Positions 50,807 through 60,546 of a DNA stretch of 64,000 bases are shown here, piece by piece (the stretch's first letter is position 1; every line of letters starts with the position of its first letter). Source of the DNA: Bacillota bacterium (lineage in GTDB: Bacteria; Bacillota; Sulfobacillia; JABLXB01); contig JABLXB010000005.1 in NCBI GenBank assembly GCA_013178305.1, forward strand, positions 128,946-192,945. Reading direction: 5' to 3'. The notes beneath the pieces are model-generated. The model saw only the letters and a program-made list of their open reading frames with translations. It was not told where the DNA came from and made no database searches. A program made the translations under genes and the position numbers.

Positions 50807-52099
50807 ATGAAACAGACATGGATATCGACTCTGAAGGATCACGCCGGCGAGACGGTCGAGGTGAGGGGATGGCTCTATAACAAGAGGTCCAGCGGCAAGA
50901 TACACTTCCTCATCGTCCGGGACGGGACCGGCCTCATGCAGGCGGTCGCGCCGCTGGGAAGCACCCCCGGAGACGTGTTCGCCGCGTGCGGCAACCTGAC
51001 CCAGGAATCGTCCATCATCGTGCGGGGGGTGATTCGCGAGGAGAAGAGGGCGCCGGGCGGCTACGAGATGGAACTCAAAGAGATTGACGTCGTCCAGATA
51101 GCGGAGGAGTACCCGATAACCCTCAAGGAGCACGGCGTCGATTTCCTGATGGACAACAGGCACCTGTGGATAAGGACCCCCCGCCAGCAGGCGATCCTGC
51201 GCATCAGGGCGGAGATCATCAGGTCCATCCGCGAGTACCTCGACGGCAACCATTTCACGCACGTGGACACTCCTATCCTGACCCCGGCCGCGTGCGAGGG
51301 CACAACGACCCTTTTCGAGACGAACTACTTTGAGCAAAAGGCATACCTGTCACAAAGCGGGCAGCTATACAACGAGGCGTCGATAGCCGCGTTCGGGCGC
51401 GTGTACTGCTTCAGCCCGGCGTTCAGGGCGGAGAAGTCCAAGACCAGGCGGCACCTGATCGAGTTCTGGGTGGTCGAGCCGGAGGCCGCGTACTGTGACT
51501 TCGAGGAGAACATGGAGATCCAGGAGGGTCTGGTGACGCACATCGTCAAGAATGTGCTGAAGAACCGGCGTACCGAACTCGAGCAGATCGGTCGAAACGT
51601 CGAGCCCCTGACGAAGGTGGAACCTCCGTTCCCGAGGCTCACGTACGACGAGGTGGTCGAGAGGTTGCAGGCCGCCGGCCACGAGATAACGTGGGGGCAG
51701 GACCTCGGAGCGCCGGACGAGACCACCATCTCGAACATGTTCGAGAAGCCGGTTTTCGTCACTCACTTCCCTGCGGAATTCAAGGCCTTTTACATGGAGC
51801 CGGTCCCCGGCCGGCCCGAGCTCGTACTCGGCGCCGACCTCCTCGCGCCCGAGGGGTACGGCGAGATCATCGGAGGCGGGCAGAGGATTTCCGACCTGGC
51901 GCTCCTGGAACGACGCATGAAAGAGCACAACCTGCCGGAGGAGTCGTACAGGTGGTATGCCGACCTTCGCCGTTACGGCACCGTACCCCATTCAGGGTTC
52001 GGGCTCGGCGTCGAGAGGACCGTGGCGTGGGTGTGCGGGCTCGAGCATGTCAGGGAGGCCATTGCGTTCCCGAGGTTGCTCTACCGTGTCTACCCCTGA
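50807..52099 (+). CDS. asnS: asparagine--tRNA ligase
   Basis: Class IIb aaRS with an N-terminal OB fold. Motif 2 [14 protein letters not shown] and motif 3 GFGLGVERT. 430 aa. ATG 50807 lies 14 bp after the regulator's stop. Confidence 0.9.
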   Translation: MKQTWISTLKDHAGETVEVRGWLYNKRSSGKIHFLIVRDGTGLMQAVAPLGSTPGDVFAACGNLTQESSIIVRGVIREEKRAPGGYEMELKEIDVVQIAEEYPITLKEHGVDFLMDNRHLWIRTPRQQAILRIRAEIIRSIREYLDGNHFTHVDTPILTPAACEGTTTLFETNYFEQKAYLSQSGQLYNEASIAAFGRVYCFSPAFRAEKSKTRRHLIEFWVVEPEAAYCDFEENMEIQEGLVTHIVKNVLKNRRTELEQIGRNVEPLTKVEPPFPRLTYDEVVERLQAAGHEITWGQDLGAPDETTISNMFEKPVFVTHFPAEFKAFYMEPVPGRPELVLGADLLAPEGYGEIIGGGQRISDLALLERRMKEHNLPEESYRWYADLRRYGTVPHSGFGLGVERTVAWVCGLEHVREAIAFPRLLYRVYP

Positions 52100-52211
52100 A
52101 CGGAAATGGCTAACGAAACGTTGGGCGACAGGCCCGGCGCCTGTGAAGAAATTGGTGGGTTTTGTAGGAAATGCGATTCCCGTGTAGAAGCACGCGGTTA
52201 GATCTTCCTCA

Positions 52212-53252
52212 GTGGAGGTGAGACAGTTGAAGGAGATCGGCGACCTCCTCCGCAGGCAGAGAGAGGAGCGGGGGGTCTCGCTGGCTGACGCCCAGGCGGC
52301 CACCAAGATCAGGAGACGCTACCTGGAGGCGCTGGAGGCTGGGGAGGAACTATCCTACCCTGGCGAGGTCTATTACAGGGGATTTATGAAGACGTACGCC
52401 GCGTTCCTCGGGCTGGACGGTGCCGCCGTGGTGGCGAAATACAGGGCGCTGAAGGACGCTATGGAGCGCGATGCCGCGACGCCGGAAGAGGGGGCGATTC
52501 CCGAGCAGGCGCAGGCCGCGCCGCCGGAGCCGGCAGCCACCGTACCGGCGCCCACAGTGGAATCGCTGAACGAACCCGCCCAGCAGGAGTTCGCCCTGCC
52601 GCGGGATCTCGCCGGGCGAAGGCGCGGCGCCGGGGGTAGCACTACGCGGGAGCGGGCGCGGCGTAAGAAGTCGGGCAGGCAGATGATGGTCATGGCCCTG
52701 GCGCTGGCCGTGGCAGGTCTCGTGTACACGCAGGGATTCTGGCGGGTTGCATCGCAGCCGGAGAATCCTCCGGCGGGGCAGGCGGCGCAGCAACAGCCCG
52801 CGGAACAGCAGCCGTCCCAGAAACAGGCCGAACCGTCGCAGCCCGCGGTTTCACCGCAACAACCGCCCGAACAGCCGGCGCCACCGGCCCAGCCCCCGTC
52901 GGTTCAGCCGCCGCAGCAACCCCAGGGAGACGGCGAGGACCAGCCGCGGGTGTTCGAGTATACGCGGGAGGAGAAGTCGAAGTACCTGACTGCCATTTCG
53001 GCGCGGATCGACTCGGTAGATCTGGTCGGTGAGGTCCGCGGTGGGCAGTGCTGGGTGCGTGTGGAGGCCGATGGGAAGTTGCTCCAGGAGTCGATGCTCG
53101 AACCCGGGACGTACACCTGGCAGGCGAGGCAGCAGCTGTACATCAGGGTGGGGGCCCCTGCCACGATGAGGCTCCGGCTGAACGGGCTCGACCTGGGGCC
53201 GGCGGGAGCGCAAGGACCTGCGAAGGATTTCGCGATATCGGTATCAAGGTAA
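52212..53252 (+). CDS. rodZ: RodZ-like cytoskeleton protein (N-terminal XRE HTH, TM, Pro/Gln-rich linker, C-terminal DUF4115)
   Basis: LKEIGDLLRRQREERGVSLADAQAATKIRRRYLEALE HTH. The likely start is TTG 52227, after a GGAGGTG SD. Confidence 0.75.
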   Translation: MEVRQLKEIGDLLRRQREERGVSLADAQAATKIRRRYLEALEAGEELSYPGEVYYRGFMKTYAAFLGLDGAAVVAKYRALKDAMERDAATPEEGAIPEQAQAAPPEPAATVPAPTVESLNEPAQQEFALPRDLAGRRRGAGGSTTRERARRKKSGRQMMVMALALAVAGLVYTQGFWRVASQPENPPAGQAAQQQPAEQQPSQKQAEPSQPAVSPQQPPEQPAPPAQPPSVQPPQQPQGDGEDQPRVFEYTREEKSKYLTAISARIDSVDLVGEVRGGQCWVRVEADGKLLQESMLEPGTYTWQARQQLYIRVGAPATMRLRLNGLDLGPAGAQGPAKDFAISVSR

Positions 53253-53333
53253 GCGGCCGGCGTACGCCTTATAATCCCGGATCATCGCAAATATGATCGT
53301 CGGTGAGACGGGTCCTCCGGGGTGGTACGTCGG

Positions 53334-54485
53334 ATGCGCGCTTTATGGACAGCGGCGGTGCTCGCCGCATTTTGCTTCGTATGGAATCCGCAGGCCCGCG
53401 CTTTCGCAGCGAGGGAGCCCGCCGTGACCGCGGACGCCGCAGTCGTGATCGACCTCGCCTCCGGCACCGTGCTCTACGGGAAGCGGGTCCATCACCTGAT
53501 GCACCCCGCCAGCGTGACCAAGATGATGACGGCGGTCATCGCCCTCGAACGGGGGTACGTGGGCGACGTCGTGACGGTCAGCCAGTACGCCGCGTACACA
53601 CCGGGTTCGTGCATGGGGCTCGCGCCCGGGAGTCGCTTTCTCCTGGAAGACCTCTTGTCGGGGCTGATGCTCGTCTCGGGGAACGACGCGGCGGTTGCGA
53701 TCGCCGAGCATATCGCCGGGACTGAACCTGCCTTTGTTCAACTCATGAACGCTCGCGCCAGAGAGATAGGGGCCTCCAGCACCACGTTCACCAACCCGCA
53801 TGGACTCTCGGAGCCGGGCCACATGTCCACCGCCTACGACCTCGCGCTCATCGCAAGGCACGGCCTTTCGATCCCTTACTTTGCCGGCCTGGTGGCCACG
53901 CGGGAAAGGGAGGCGTGGAGGCTCGATCGCCTCTCCGAAGTACCGCTGTACAGCACGAACAGGCTTCTCGGCAGTTACCTCGGCGCCGACGGCGTGAAAA
54001 CCGGCACCACCGATGCTGCGGGCGCCTGCCTCTGCGCCTCAGCCACGAGGGGCGGGATGACGTTCATATCGGTCGTGCTGCATTCGGACGCACGCTGGGA
54101 CGATTCCGCGCGGCTCCTGGAATGGGCGTTTGAGAATTTCGAACAGGTGGTGTCTCTTCGAAGAGGGGACGCGGCCGGCCGGATCGCGGTCAGTGGGGGG
54201 ACGAGGTCCTCCGCACGCGTCGAGGCCGCAGCCGACCTGTCCGGTGTCATAAGGAAGGGTGAGGACAGCACCCTGTGGCTGCGGCTCGACATGAAGGACG
54301 GGGTCACCGCGCCGGTCTTCCGCGGCGACCGCGTAGGCTCGGTAGCTCTGTGGACGTCCGACAGGCTCGTAAGCGCAGTCCCGCTGGTGGCCTCGGAAAC
54401 CGTGGAGCGGTGGACCCCCTTGCGCTTCGCGGCGGGGCTTTTCATCGCGGTCATCAGGGCGCTCGGGTTGCTCGGGGTCGGCTGA
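53334..54485 (+). CDS. D-alanyl-D-alanine carboxypeptidase (S11, DacB/PBP5*-like)
   Basis: Signal peptide, SVTK (SxxK), SGN and KTG motifs, and a C-terminal PBP5_C-like domain. Confidence 0.85.
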   Translation: MRALWTAAVLAAFCFVWNPQARAFAAREPAVTADAAVVIDLASGTVLYGKRVHHLMHPASVTKMMTAVIALERGYVGDVVTVSQYAAYTPGSCMGLAPGSRFLLEDLLSGLMLVSGNDAAVAIAEHIAGTEPAFVQLMNARAREIGASSTTFTNPHGLSEPGHMSTAYDLALIARHGLSIPYFAGLVATREREAWRLDRLSEVPLYSTNRLLGSYLGADGVKTGTTDAAGACLCASATRGGMTFISVVLHSDARWDDSARLLEWAFENFEQVVSLRRGDAAGRIAVSGGTRSSARVEAAADLSGVIRKGEDSTLWLRLDMKDGVTAPVFRGDRVGSVALWTSDRLVSAVPLVASETVERWTPLRFAAGLFIAVIRALGLLGVG

Positions 54486-54538
54486 ATCCGCGCGGGAGCC
54501 CGGGCTCGCGCCGCCACACCTCGCGCACAGCCGGTAAC

Positions 54539-55315
54539 TCATCTCAACAGGTTCCTGTCCGGCTGGATCATGTACTGCTCGCCCGCCATGCCGAGGAGTT
54601 CGGTCACTGTTACGAACTCCAGGCCCTTCTGACGGATGCCGTCTATCACGGCCGGTAGTGCCAGGTAGGTCTCGCGGGCGCTATCGGACGCGTGGCAGAG
54701 GATGATGTCGCCCGCCTGAGCCCTCGTGAGCAGCCGATCTATCATGTAGTCGACCCCGGGGTTCTTCCAGTCCAGGGAATCGAGGCTCCAGATGATCGTC
54801 AGGTAACCCTCCTCCATGGCTGCCATGATGGACATGTCGTCGAAGTCCCCGTTCGGCGGGCGAAGGATCTTTGCCTCGCGCCCTGCGAGGTTCGTCAATA
54901 TCTCCCTCGTTTTCCTGAGATCCTGCGCTATGCGTTCCCTCGAAAGCTGGCTGTAGTTGTCGTGGTGATAGCCGTGCGACGCAATTTCATGCCCGTCGCT
55001 CGCTATGCGCCTGACGACGTCCGGATGGGCTGCCGCCCAGGGCCCCGAGAGAAAGAATGTGCTCCGCACACCCTTGGACCTGAGTGCATCCAGCACTCGC
55101 GTGGGAGAGACCTCGCCCCAGCTTATGTCGAATGTAAGCGCGACCGCATTCCTGGCCGCCGTCACACGGTAGATGGGCCGCAGCTTGCCCGAAACCTGGG
55201 AGATGATGGTCGACAGGGAATACCTGGTCGTCCACGAGATGGCGATGAAGCCCAGCAGCAAGACGGTCGCCAGCGCCTTCAGGCGGGTTTGCTTTCTTAC
55301 GAGAACCACGATCAT
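54539..55315 (-). CDS. polysaccharide deacetylase, PdaB-type (sporulation-associated NodB homologue)
   Basis: N-terminal TM segment. TFDISWG variant of the TFDDG motif, and HGYHH. Confidence 0.8.
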   Translation of the reverse strand: MIVVLVRKQTRLKALATVLLLGFIAISWTTRYSLSTIISQVSGKLRPIYRVTAARNAVALTFDISWGEVSPTRVLDALRSKGVRSTFFLSGPWAAAHPDVVRRIASDGHEIASHGYHHDNYSQLSRERIAQDLRKTREILTNLAGREAKILRPPNGDFDDMSIMAAMEEGYLTIIWSLDSLDWKNPGVDYMIDRLLTRAQAGDIILCHASDSARETYLALPAVIDGIRQKGLEFVTVTELLGMAGEQYMIQPDRNLLR

Positions 55316-55382
55316 GTAACGGCCCCCCTCCAGGTTCGCCCGTATAACCCGTATAAACGGTATTCCCGGAGTCCAGGGGGTA

Positions 55383-56693
55383 TTACGAACCCAGCCTACG
55401 CCGGAGCCGGTTGATCCGGTGGTTTAGCTCGCTCCGCAAGCGCTCTCTACGACCGGAGGGGATGTGCTGGGCGCGGTCGAGGAGGCCGAGCGCCTGCAAC
55501 GCCGCTTCCAGCGCCAGATCGAGTTCCCTCGACCTGTGTTCGTGGTGCTTGGCGATTTCGATCCACGCCTCGGGGTCGGGGGTCTCCGCTCCGGCGAGCA
55601 CCCGCGCGCGGTGGAGGCAGCCGTCCCAGTTCCGGCGGCGCTTGGACAGGCGGAGCGTGCCCCAGAGGGCGCGTGACCGGACCGGTTCCCTGGCGTCTCC
55701 GAGATCGAGCGCCTCCTCGTACAGGCGCAATGCCTCGTCACAGAGGCCGATCGACTCGTAAATCGAGGCCGCGCCCACCGACTCGTGGGCGTTCCTGGAG
55801 AGAGGAGGCGCCGCCACGGCAAGGCACGCGGACGCCTTTGCCAGGAGGACCGCGAGAGAAAGGATATCGAGCCGGTTGTGCCTGGCGACGAGGTGGATCT
55901 CGGCCTCGTCGCCGGTGCGCAGGTAGGACGCGTAGATCCCGGGTATCATCCAGCCGGGGACGTCGAACCCCCTGTCCAGGCCGATCACGCGTCTCTCAAT
56001 GGATCCCAGGGAACACTCACCGATGACGCAGGCCCATAGCCGCCTCGAAGGCGCGAGGAGGTCCAGGTGGAATGGGTCCTCGAGCGGGCACCTCATGCGA
56101 TTCAACGCGAATCGCGTTTCCAGCAGGGGTAGGTCGAACGACTTTCCATTGAAGGTGACCACCGCTTCAACGCCCCGCAGCGCGCCGTCCAGCCGTTCGA
56201 GCATGGCGCGCTCGTCCGCCGGGTCGTGCAGGAAGAACTGCTGCAGGAGGAAGGAATCGTCAACGAATCTTCCGACGCCGACGAGGAACGTAATCGTGCC
56301 GGTCCCGCCGGCGAGGCCGGTGGTCTCGAGGTCGAGGAAGACCGTCCTCTCGAACCCGGGGAAAGGCCTCGGCTCGCGCGCAAGTGCGCGGGTCTCTACC
56401 TCGCGGGCGCGGAGCGCGGCGCCGAGCCTCAGGGACCCGTGCGGGTGATCGAGGGGAAACCGGTCCGAGGCGATCCTCGCTATGCCCGACGGAGCAGGCA
56501 CGGCGGAGAACACGGGAACCGGCGCGCCGGGCGCGCCCACAGCGGAAGCCCCCTGAACCGGGGCCCCAGCGGCGGGACCGTGAGCGGTCCCGCACGTCAC
56601 TACCTCAACGAGCCTTCGAAGGGACTCAATGCGCTCTTTCAGTTCCACCGGTTGTCTCCGGTCCCGACCGGTCGCCACCGGATTCCACTCCAT
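55383..56693 (-). CDS. mrfB: MrfB (YprB)-like DEDDh 3'-5' exonuclease with a TPR-like C-terminal domain
   Basis: VFLDLETTGL Exo I motif, FNGKSFDLPLL, HNRLDILSL. Helical TPR-like C-terminus. The start is ambiguous: ATG 56693 overlaps mrfA by 68 nt; GTGs at 56678 and 56648 have better SDs. Confidence 0.7.
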   Translation of the reverse strand: MEWNPVATGRDRRQPVELKERIESLRRLVEVVTCGTAHGPAAGAPVQGASAVGAPGAPVPVFSAVPAPSGIARIASDRFPLDHPHGSLRLGAALRAREVETRALAREPRPFPGFERTVFLDLETTGLAGGTGTITFLVGVGRFVDDSFLLQQFFLHDPADERAMLERLDGALRGVEAVVTFNGKSFDLPLLETRFALNRMRCPLEDPFHLDLLAPSRRLWACVIGECSLGSIERRVIGLDRGFDVPGWMIPGIYASYLRTGDEAEIHLVARHNRLDILSLAVLLAKASACLAVAAPPLSRNAHESVGAASIYESIGLCDEALRLYEEALDLGDAREPVRSRALWGTLRLSKRRRNWDGCLHRARVLAGAETPDPEAWIEIAKHHEHRSRELDLALEAALQALGLLDRAQHIPSGRRERLRSELNHRINRLRRRLGS

Positions 56694-58986
56694 GGAGGGC
56701 GCGCATGAGGCGCCCCATGATCTCTATCGCGAGGCCTTTGCCGCCGGGTCCCACCTCGAGTGTTGGGCCCACGCAGGATGGGCAGCCGTCCTTGCACGGA
56801 CACGAGGCGATCAGGTCCATGGAGGCGGCCACGATCTTCTCGTGTATTTCGAACGCTTTCTCCGCGAGGCCGATTCCCCCGGGATACGAGTCGTAGAGGT
56901 AGACGGTGGGAAGGCGGGTGTGCGGCGAGCGGACCTCGTTCACCACGCCGATGTCCCGCGGCGAACACATGAGGTAAAGTGGTGAGACGTTAGCCACGGC
57001 GTTGGATATGCCCAGTAGCGCGGACTGGACCTGCTCGGGGGTCAGGCCCGCGGTCAGTTCGGCGGGAAGGGTGAACCAGTACGCCGCGGTCTGCATCTGT
57101 TCTTCGGGCAGGTGGATCCTTCCCGAGCCGACGTTCTCATGGGTGTAAAACTTGATTTTTTTGAACATCGTCGCCACGGAGGTGACGACGACCTCTCCCT
57201 GCGAGCGTGAGGGCCCGCGCGAACCGGTCTCGCGCAGCACCCTTATGCTCACGGCGAGATTCGCGTCCGTGTAGTAGTCCACGTTGACGCGCGTGACGTA
57301 CGCCTTTTTCTCGGCGTAGTCGAGCCTGTCCACGTGATACTGCTGGCCCCCGTGTATGTATATGGCGTCCTGGTGGATCAACATGGGCGCGCTGAACCTG
57401 TCCATCTCGCCGATAACCCGCGGGGTCGCGGGCGCGTCCGTCGTGTCGATGATCACGAAGTTCTCTGACGACGCCGACCGGAGGCTTATGTCCTCGGCGG
57501 GGAACGAGTCCGACATCCAGAACCACCTGTTGCCGGAATGGTGCAACACGTTCTCGCCTGCCAGGTACTGCAGCGCGCTCTCGACAGGCGCCGCGCCGAA
57601 CGACTCGCCATCCTCGAACGGGAGCTCGAATGCCGCGCACTTCAGGTGGGACATCAGTATGTAGAGGTTGTCGGGATTCAGGTGACCGTGCTCGGCGGGT
57701 TTCTCGAAGAAGTACGCGGGGTTCTGCGCTATGAACTGGTCTACCGGCGAGCTCGACATGACCATGATAGCGAGCGACCGGCCCCGGCGCCTGCCGGCGC
57801 GGCCGGCCTGCTGCCAGGCGGACGCGATGGTGCCCGGGTAACCGGCCATCACCGCCACCCGCAGCTGTCCGATGTCGATACCGAGCTCGAGCGCGTCCGT
57901 GGCGACGACGGCTGTCACTGACCCGTCGCGAAGGCCTCTCTCTATGGCCCGCCTCTCCGCCGGGAGATACCCGCCCCTGTAGCCCCTCACGCTGCCGTCG
58001 TCCACAGGCCCGCGGGCGGCGGCGTCCTTGAGATATGTGACGAGCACTTCGACCGCGAGCCTGCTCCGCGCGAACACGATGGTCTGTACCCCGTTCGTGA
58101 CGAACCTCGATGCCAGGTTCTTCGCTTCCAGCAGGCAACTCTTCCTGATCCCCAGTTCGCGGTTGACCACTGGCGGGTTGTACAGGATGAACTGCTTCTC
58201 GCCGGAGGGCGCGCCGTTGGCGTCGACCACGACTGCCGGTTCGCCGGTGAGTCTCTCGGCGAGCTCGAGCGGGTTGGCGATCGTCGCCGAGCAGCAGATG
58301 AACTGCGGGTCCGATCCGTAGAACCGCGCCACACGCCGGAGCCTTCGCAGGACGTTGGCGACGTGGCTGCCGAACACTCCGCGATAGGTGTGGAGTTCGT
58401 CCACGACCACGTATTTCAGGTCCTGGAACAGCCGCAGCCACTTCGTGTGATGGGGTAGAATACCCTTGTGCAGCATGTCCGGGTTTGTCACCACGACGTG
58501 CCCGGCCGAACGGATGGCCTTTCGCGCGGACTCGGGGGTGTCCCCGTCGTACGTGTATGTCTTGATGTCCCGGCCCGTCGGCGCGGTTATCGCCTGCAAC
58601 TGCGCCACCTGGTCCTGCGACAGCGCTTTCGTTGGAAACAGGTATATCGCCCTCGAAGCGGGGTCTTTCAGGATACTGTCTATCACGGGAAGGTTGTAGC
58701 ACAGCGTCTTGCCGGAGGCCGTGGGCGTCACGACCACTACGTTTCGCCCCAGGGCGGTGTGCTCGAACGAGAGACTCTGATGCAGGTAGAGCCGGTGAAT
58801 CCCGTTCGAAGCCAACGACTCCTTCAAGAGGGGGTGGATCGAATCGGGGATCTCGCGGTACACGGCGTCGCGGGGAGGGAGCGTCCTGACATCGACGACG
58901 CACTCGCGTATCCTCGGGTCAAACAGCATTGTGTCTGTTATCTGGGAGATGTTCATGGGGAACATGATTCGTCGGGACGAATGCAA
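56626..58986 (-). CDS. mrfA: MrfA (YprA)-like DEAD/DEAH-box helicase with a C-terminal DUF1998 four-cysteine domain
   Basis: LYLHQ (Q motif), TASGKT Walker A, DELH, and a C-terminal CPCKDGCPSC cysteine cluster. TTG start at 58986. Confidence 0.8.
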   Translation of the reverse strand: MHSSRRIMFPMNISQITDTMLFDPRIRECVVDVRTLPPRDAVYREIPDSIHPLLKESLASNGIHRLYLHQSLSFEHTALGRNVVVVTPTASGKTLCYNLPVIDSILKDPASRAIYLFPTKALSQDQVAQLQAITAPTGRDIKTYTYDGDTPESARKAIRSAGHVVVTNPDMLHKGILPHHTKWLRLFQDLKYVVVDELHTYRGVFGSHVANVLRRLRRVARFYGSDPQFICCSATIANPLELAERLTGEPAVVVDANGAPSGEKQFILYNPPVVNRELGIRKSCLLEAKNLASRFVTNGVQTIVFARSRLAVEVLVTYLKDAAARGPVDDGSVRGYRGGYLPAERRAIERGLRDGSVTAVVATDALELGIDIGQLRVAVMAGYPGTIASAWQQAGRAGRRRGRSLAIMVMSSSPVDQFIAQNPAYFFEKPAEHGHLNPDNLYILMSHLKCAAFELPFEDGESFGAAPVESALQYLAGENVLHHSGNRWFWMSDSFPAEDISLRSASSENFVIIDTTDAPATPRVIGEMDRFSAPMLIHQDAIYIHGGQQYHVDRLDYAEKKAYVTRVNVDYYTDANLAVSIRVLRETGSRGPSRSQGEVVVTSVATMFKKIKFYTHENVGSGRIHLPEEQMQTAAYWFTLPAELTAGLTPEQVQSALLGISNAVANVSPLYLMCSPRDIGVVNEVRSPHTRLPTVYLYDSYPGGIGLAEKAFEIHEKIVAASMDLIASCPCKDGCPSCVGPTLEVGPGGKGLAIEIMGRLMRALHGVESGGDRSGPETTGGTERAH

Positions 58987-59050
58987 CTCCTCCGAAAAGA
59001 GTGCCCCCGGACGCGAGGGGAAGCGGTTGGGCGCGGCGAACTGCGACTAT

Positions 59051-60379
59051 ATGGCTCGCCACACCCCCTCTCGAGTATTGCCAGCCGTCATCGCGGTTGT
59101 CATGGTAATCGTCCTTCTGGTCTCTCTGGTTACAAGGGGTTCGCCGCCAGCCCGCGCCGGCGAGCGTCCGTCTCCGGGGCGGAGCACTCGACTTGCCGGG
59201 CAGCCGGCGATCCAATCCCCGTCCGCTGTGCTGATCGACGCGCATAGCGGCGTCGTGTTGTTTGACCAGGACGGCTCTCGTCTCATGGCCCCCGCCAGCA
59301 TTACGAAGATACTCACCGCCGCGCTCGTACTGGAACATGCGGAATTGGACGACGTCGTGGCGGTGAGCGAGGAGGCCGCCAAGACGGACGGGTCGAGCGT
59401 GTACCTCGAGCCCGGGGAGCGCGCAACCGTGCGTGACCTGCTCTACTCCATGATGATGAACAGCGCCAATGACGCCGCCGTCGCGCTGGCGGAGTATGTA
59501 TCCGGCTCGGTGGAGGGGTTCGCGGGGCTCATGAACGCCAAGGTCGCCGGGATAGGCGCCCTGCAGACTCATTTCGAGAACCCGCACGGCCTCGATTCGC
59601 CCGGCCACCTGACAACCGCCCGCGACATGGCGCTGATAGCGATGTATGCAATGCGGCAACCCTTCTTCCGCGAGGTCGTAGGGACCAGGACGCGCCAGTG
59701 GGAAGGGCAGGAGTGGAGCAGCCTCCTCGTGAACCACAACAGGCTGCTGTGGCAGTACGATGGCTGCACGGGGGTGAAGACCGGCTTCACCACGAAAGCC
59801 CGCCACACCCTCGTCGCGTCGGCGATGAGGGATGGAAACGAGATGATCGCTGTACTCATGGGCGGTGAAGACCCGGAAACGCTGCGGAGGGAGGCGGGGG
59901 TTCTCTTCGATTACGGGTTCACACGGTGTCTCACGCGGCTTGCGTTCGCAGGTGACGCGGCCGGAACGGTCAGCATGCCGTTCGGCTATGATGTACCGTG
60001 CATCCTCGATTCTGAGGTGAAGGCCTTTCTGCCCGAAGGTGAGGAAGGCGAGGTCGTCCGCTCCCGGGACCTGAGCATGAGACCCCCTCAGGAGGGGGTG
60101 AGGCGCGGCCAGGTGCTTGGAAGGGTGACATTCTGGCTGCGCGGTGTACCGATAGCGGGTACGGATGTGGTTGCCGACAGGGACGTAACGTACACAGTCG
60201 CCCAGAAGGCCGCGATCTCGGTTGGCGCTCTCAGGGGCAGGATATCCCCGCGCCTCACGATCCCGGCGGCCGTTATCACCCTGTCCGCGCTGGCGATAGG
60301 CGTTGACCGTCGCGTGAAGCGGCGGCGCATGCGAAAGAGGCCGCGCCTGGGCGGTCTCCCCCGCCGTTTCCCGCGGTGA
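59051..60379 (+). CDS. D-alanyl-D-alanine carboxypeptidase (S11) with a C-terminal extension and membrane anchor (DacF/DacB-like)
   Basis: SITK, SAN and KTG motifs. N-terminal signal anchor MARHTPSRVLPAVIAVVMVIV... ATG 59051, with alternatives from 58931 in frame. Confidence 0.8.
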   Translation: MARHTPSRVLPAVIAVVMVIVLLVSLVTRGSPPARAGERPSPGRSTRLAGQPAIQSPSAVLIDAHSGVVLFDQDGSRLMAPASITKILTAALVLEHAELDDVVAVSEEAAKTDGSSVYLEPGERATVRDLLYSMMMNSANDAAVALAEYVSGSVEGFAGLMNAKVAGIGALQTHFENPHGLDSPGHLTTARDMALIAMYAMRQPFFREVVGTRTRQWEGQEWSSLLVNHNRLLWQYDGCTGVKTGFTTKARHTLVASAMRDGNEMIAVLMGGEDPETLRREAGVLFDYGFTRCLTRLAFAGDAAGTVSMPFGYDVPCILDSEVKAFLPEGEEGEVVRSRDLSMRPPQEGVRRGQVLGRVTFWLRGVPIAGTDVVADRDVTYTVAQKAAISVGALRGRISPRLTIPAAVITLSALAIGVDRRVKRRRMRKRPRLGGLPRRFPR

Positions 60380-60546
60380 CGGGAAGACTCCCCGTTGGAA
60401 AGATGCTGTCATGCCAGACGGTAATCTCACGAAAGTTGAGCTCGCCGCCGCAGCCGCGGCGCTGATAGTCGTGTTCGGGCTGTAGCCGTTCTTGCACGGG
60501 CGTCCGGCGATCTCGGGGATACTATACTCCGGGGTGGTCACGGGGA

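Noticed and set aside
53253-53333. Palindromes GGCGTACGCC and GATCAT..ATGATC plus TATAAT between rodZ and the dacB-like gene as a defined operator
   Set aside because: The elements are short and lack a convincing -35. They could be a promoter or operator, but the evidence is too thin to call.
57137-58903. 588-aa alternate-frame ORF on the same strand as the mrfA-like helicase
   Set aside because: It is a different frame of a gene whose primary frame carries all the helicase motifs. The product is Arg/Gly-rich junk.
60411-60485. 24-codon hydrophobic micro-ORF (MPDGNLTKVELAAAAAALIVVFGL) between dacF-like and GH18 genes
   Set aside because: It has only a weak SD and no conservation evidence. 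An alanine-codon-rich GC stretch easily gives such a frame by chance. Noted as a possible small membrane peptide but not supported.
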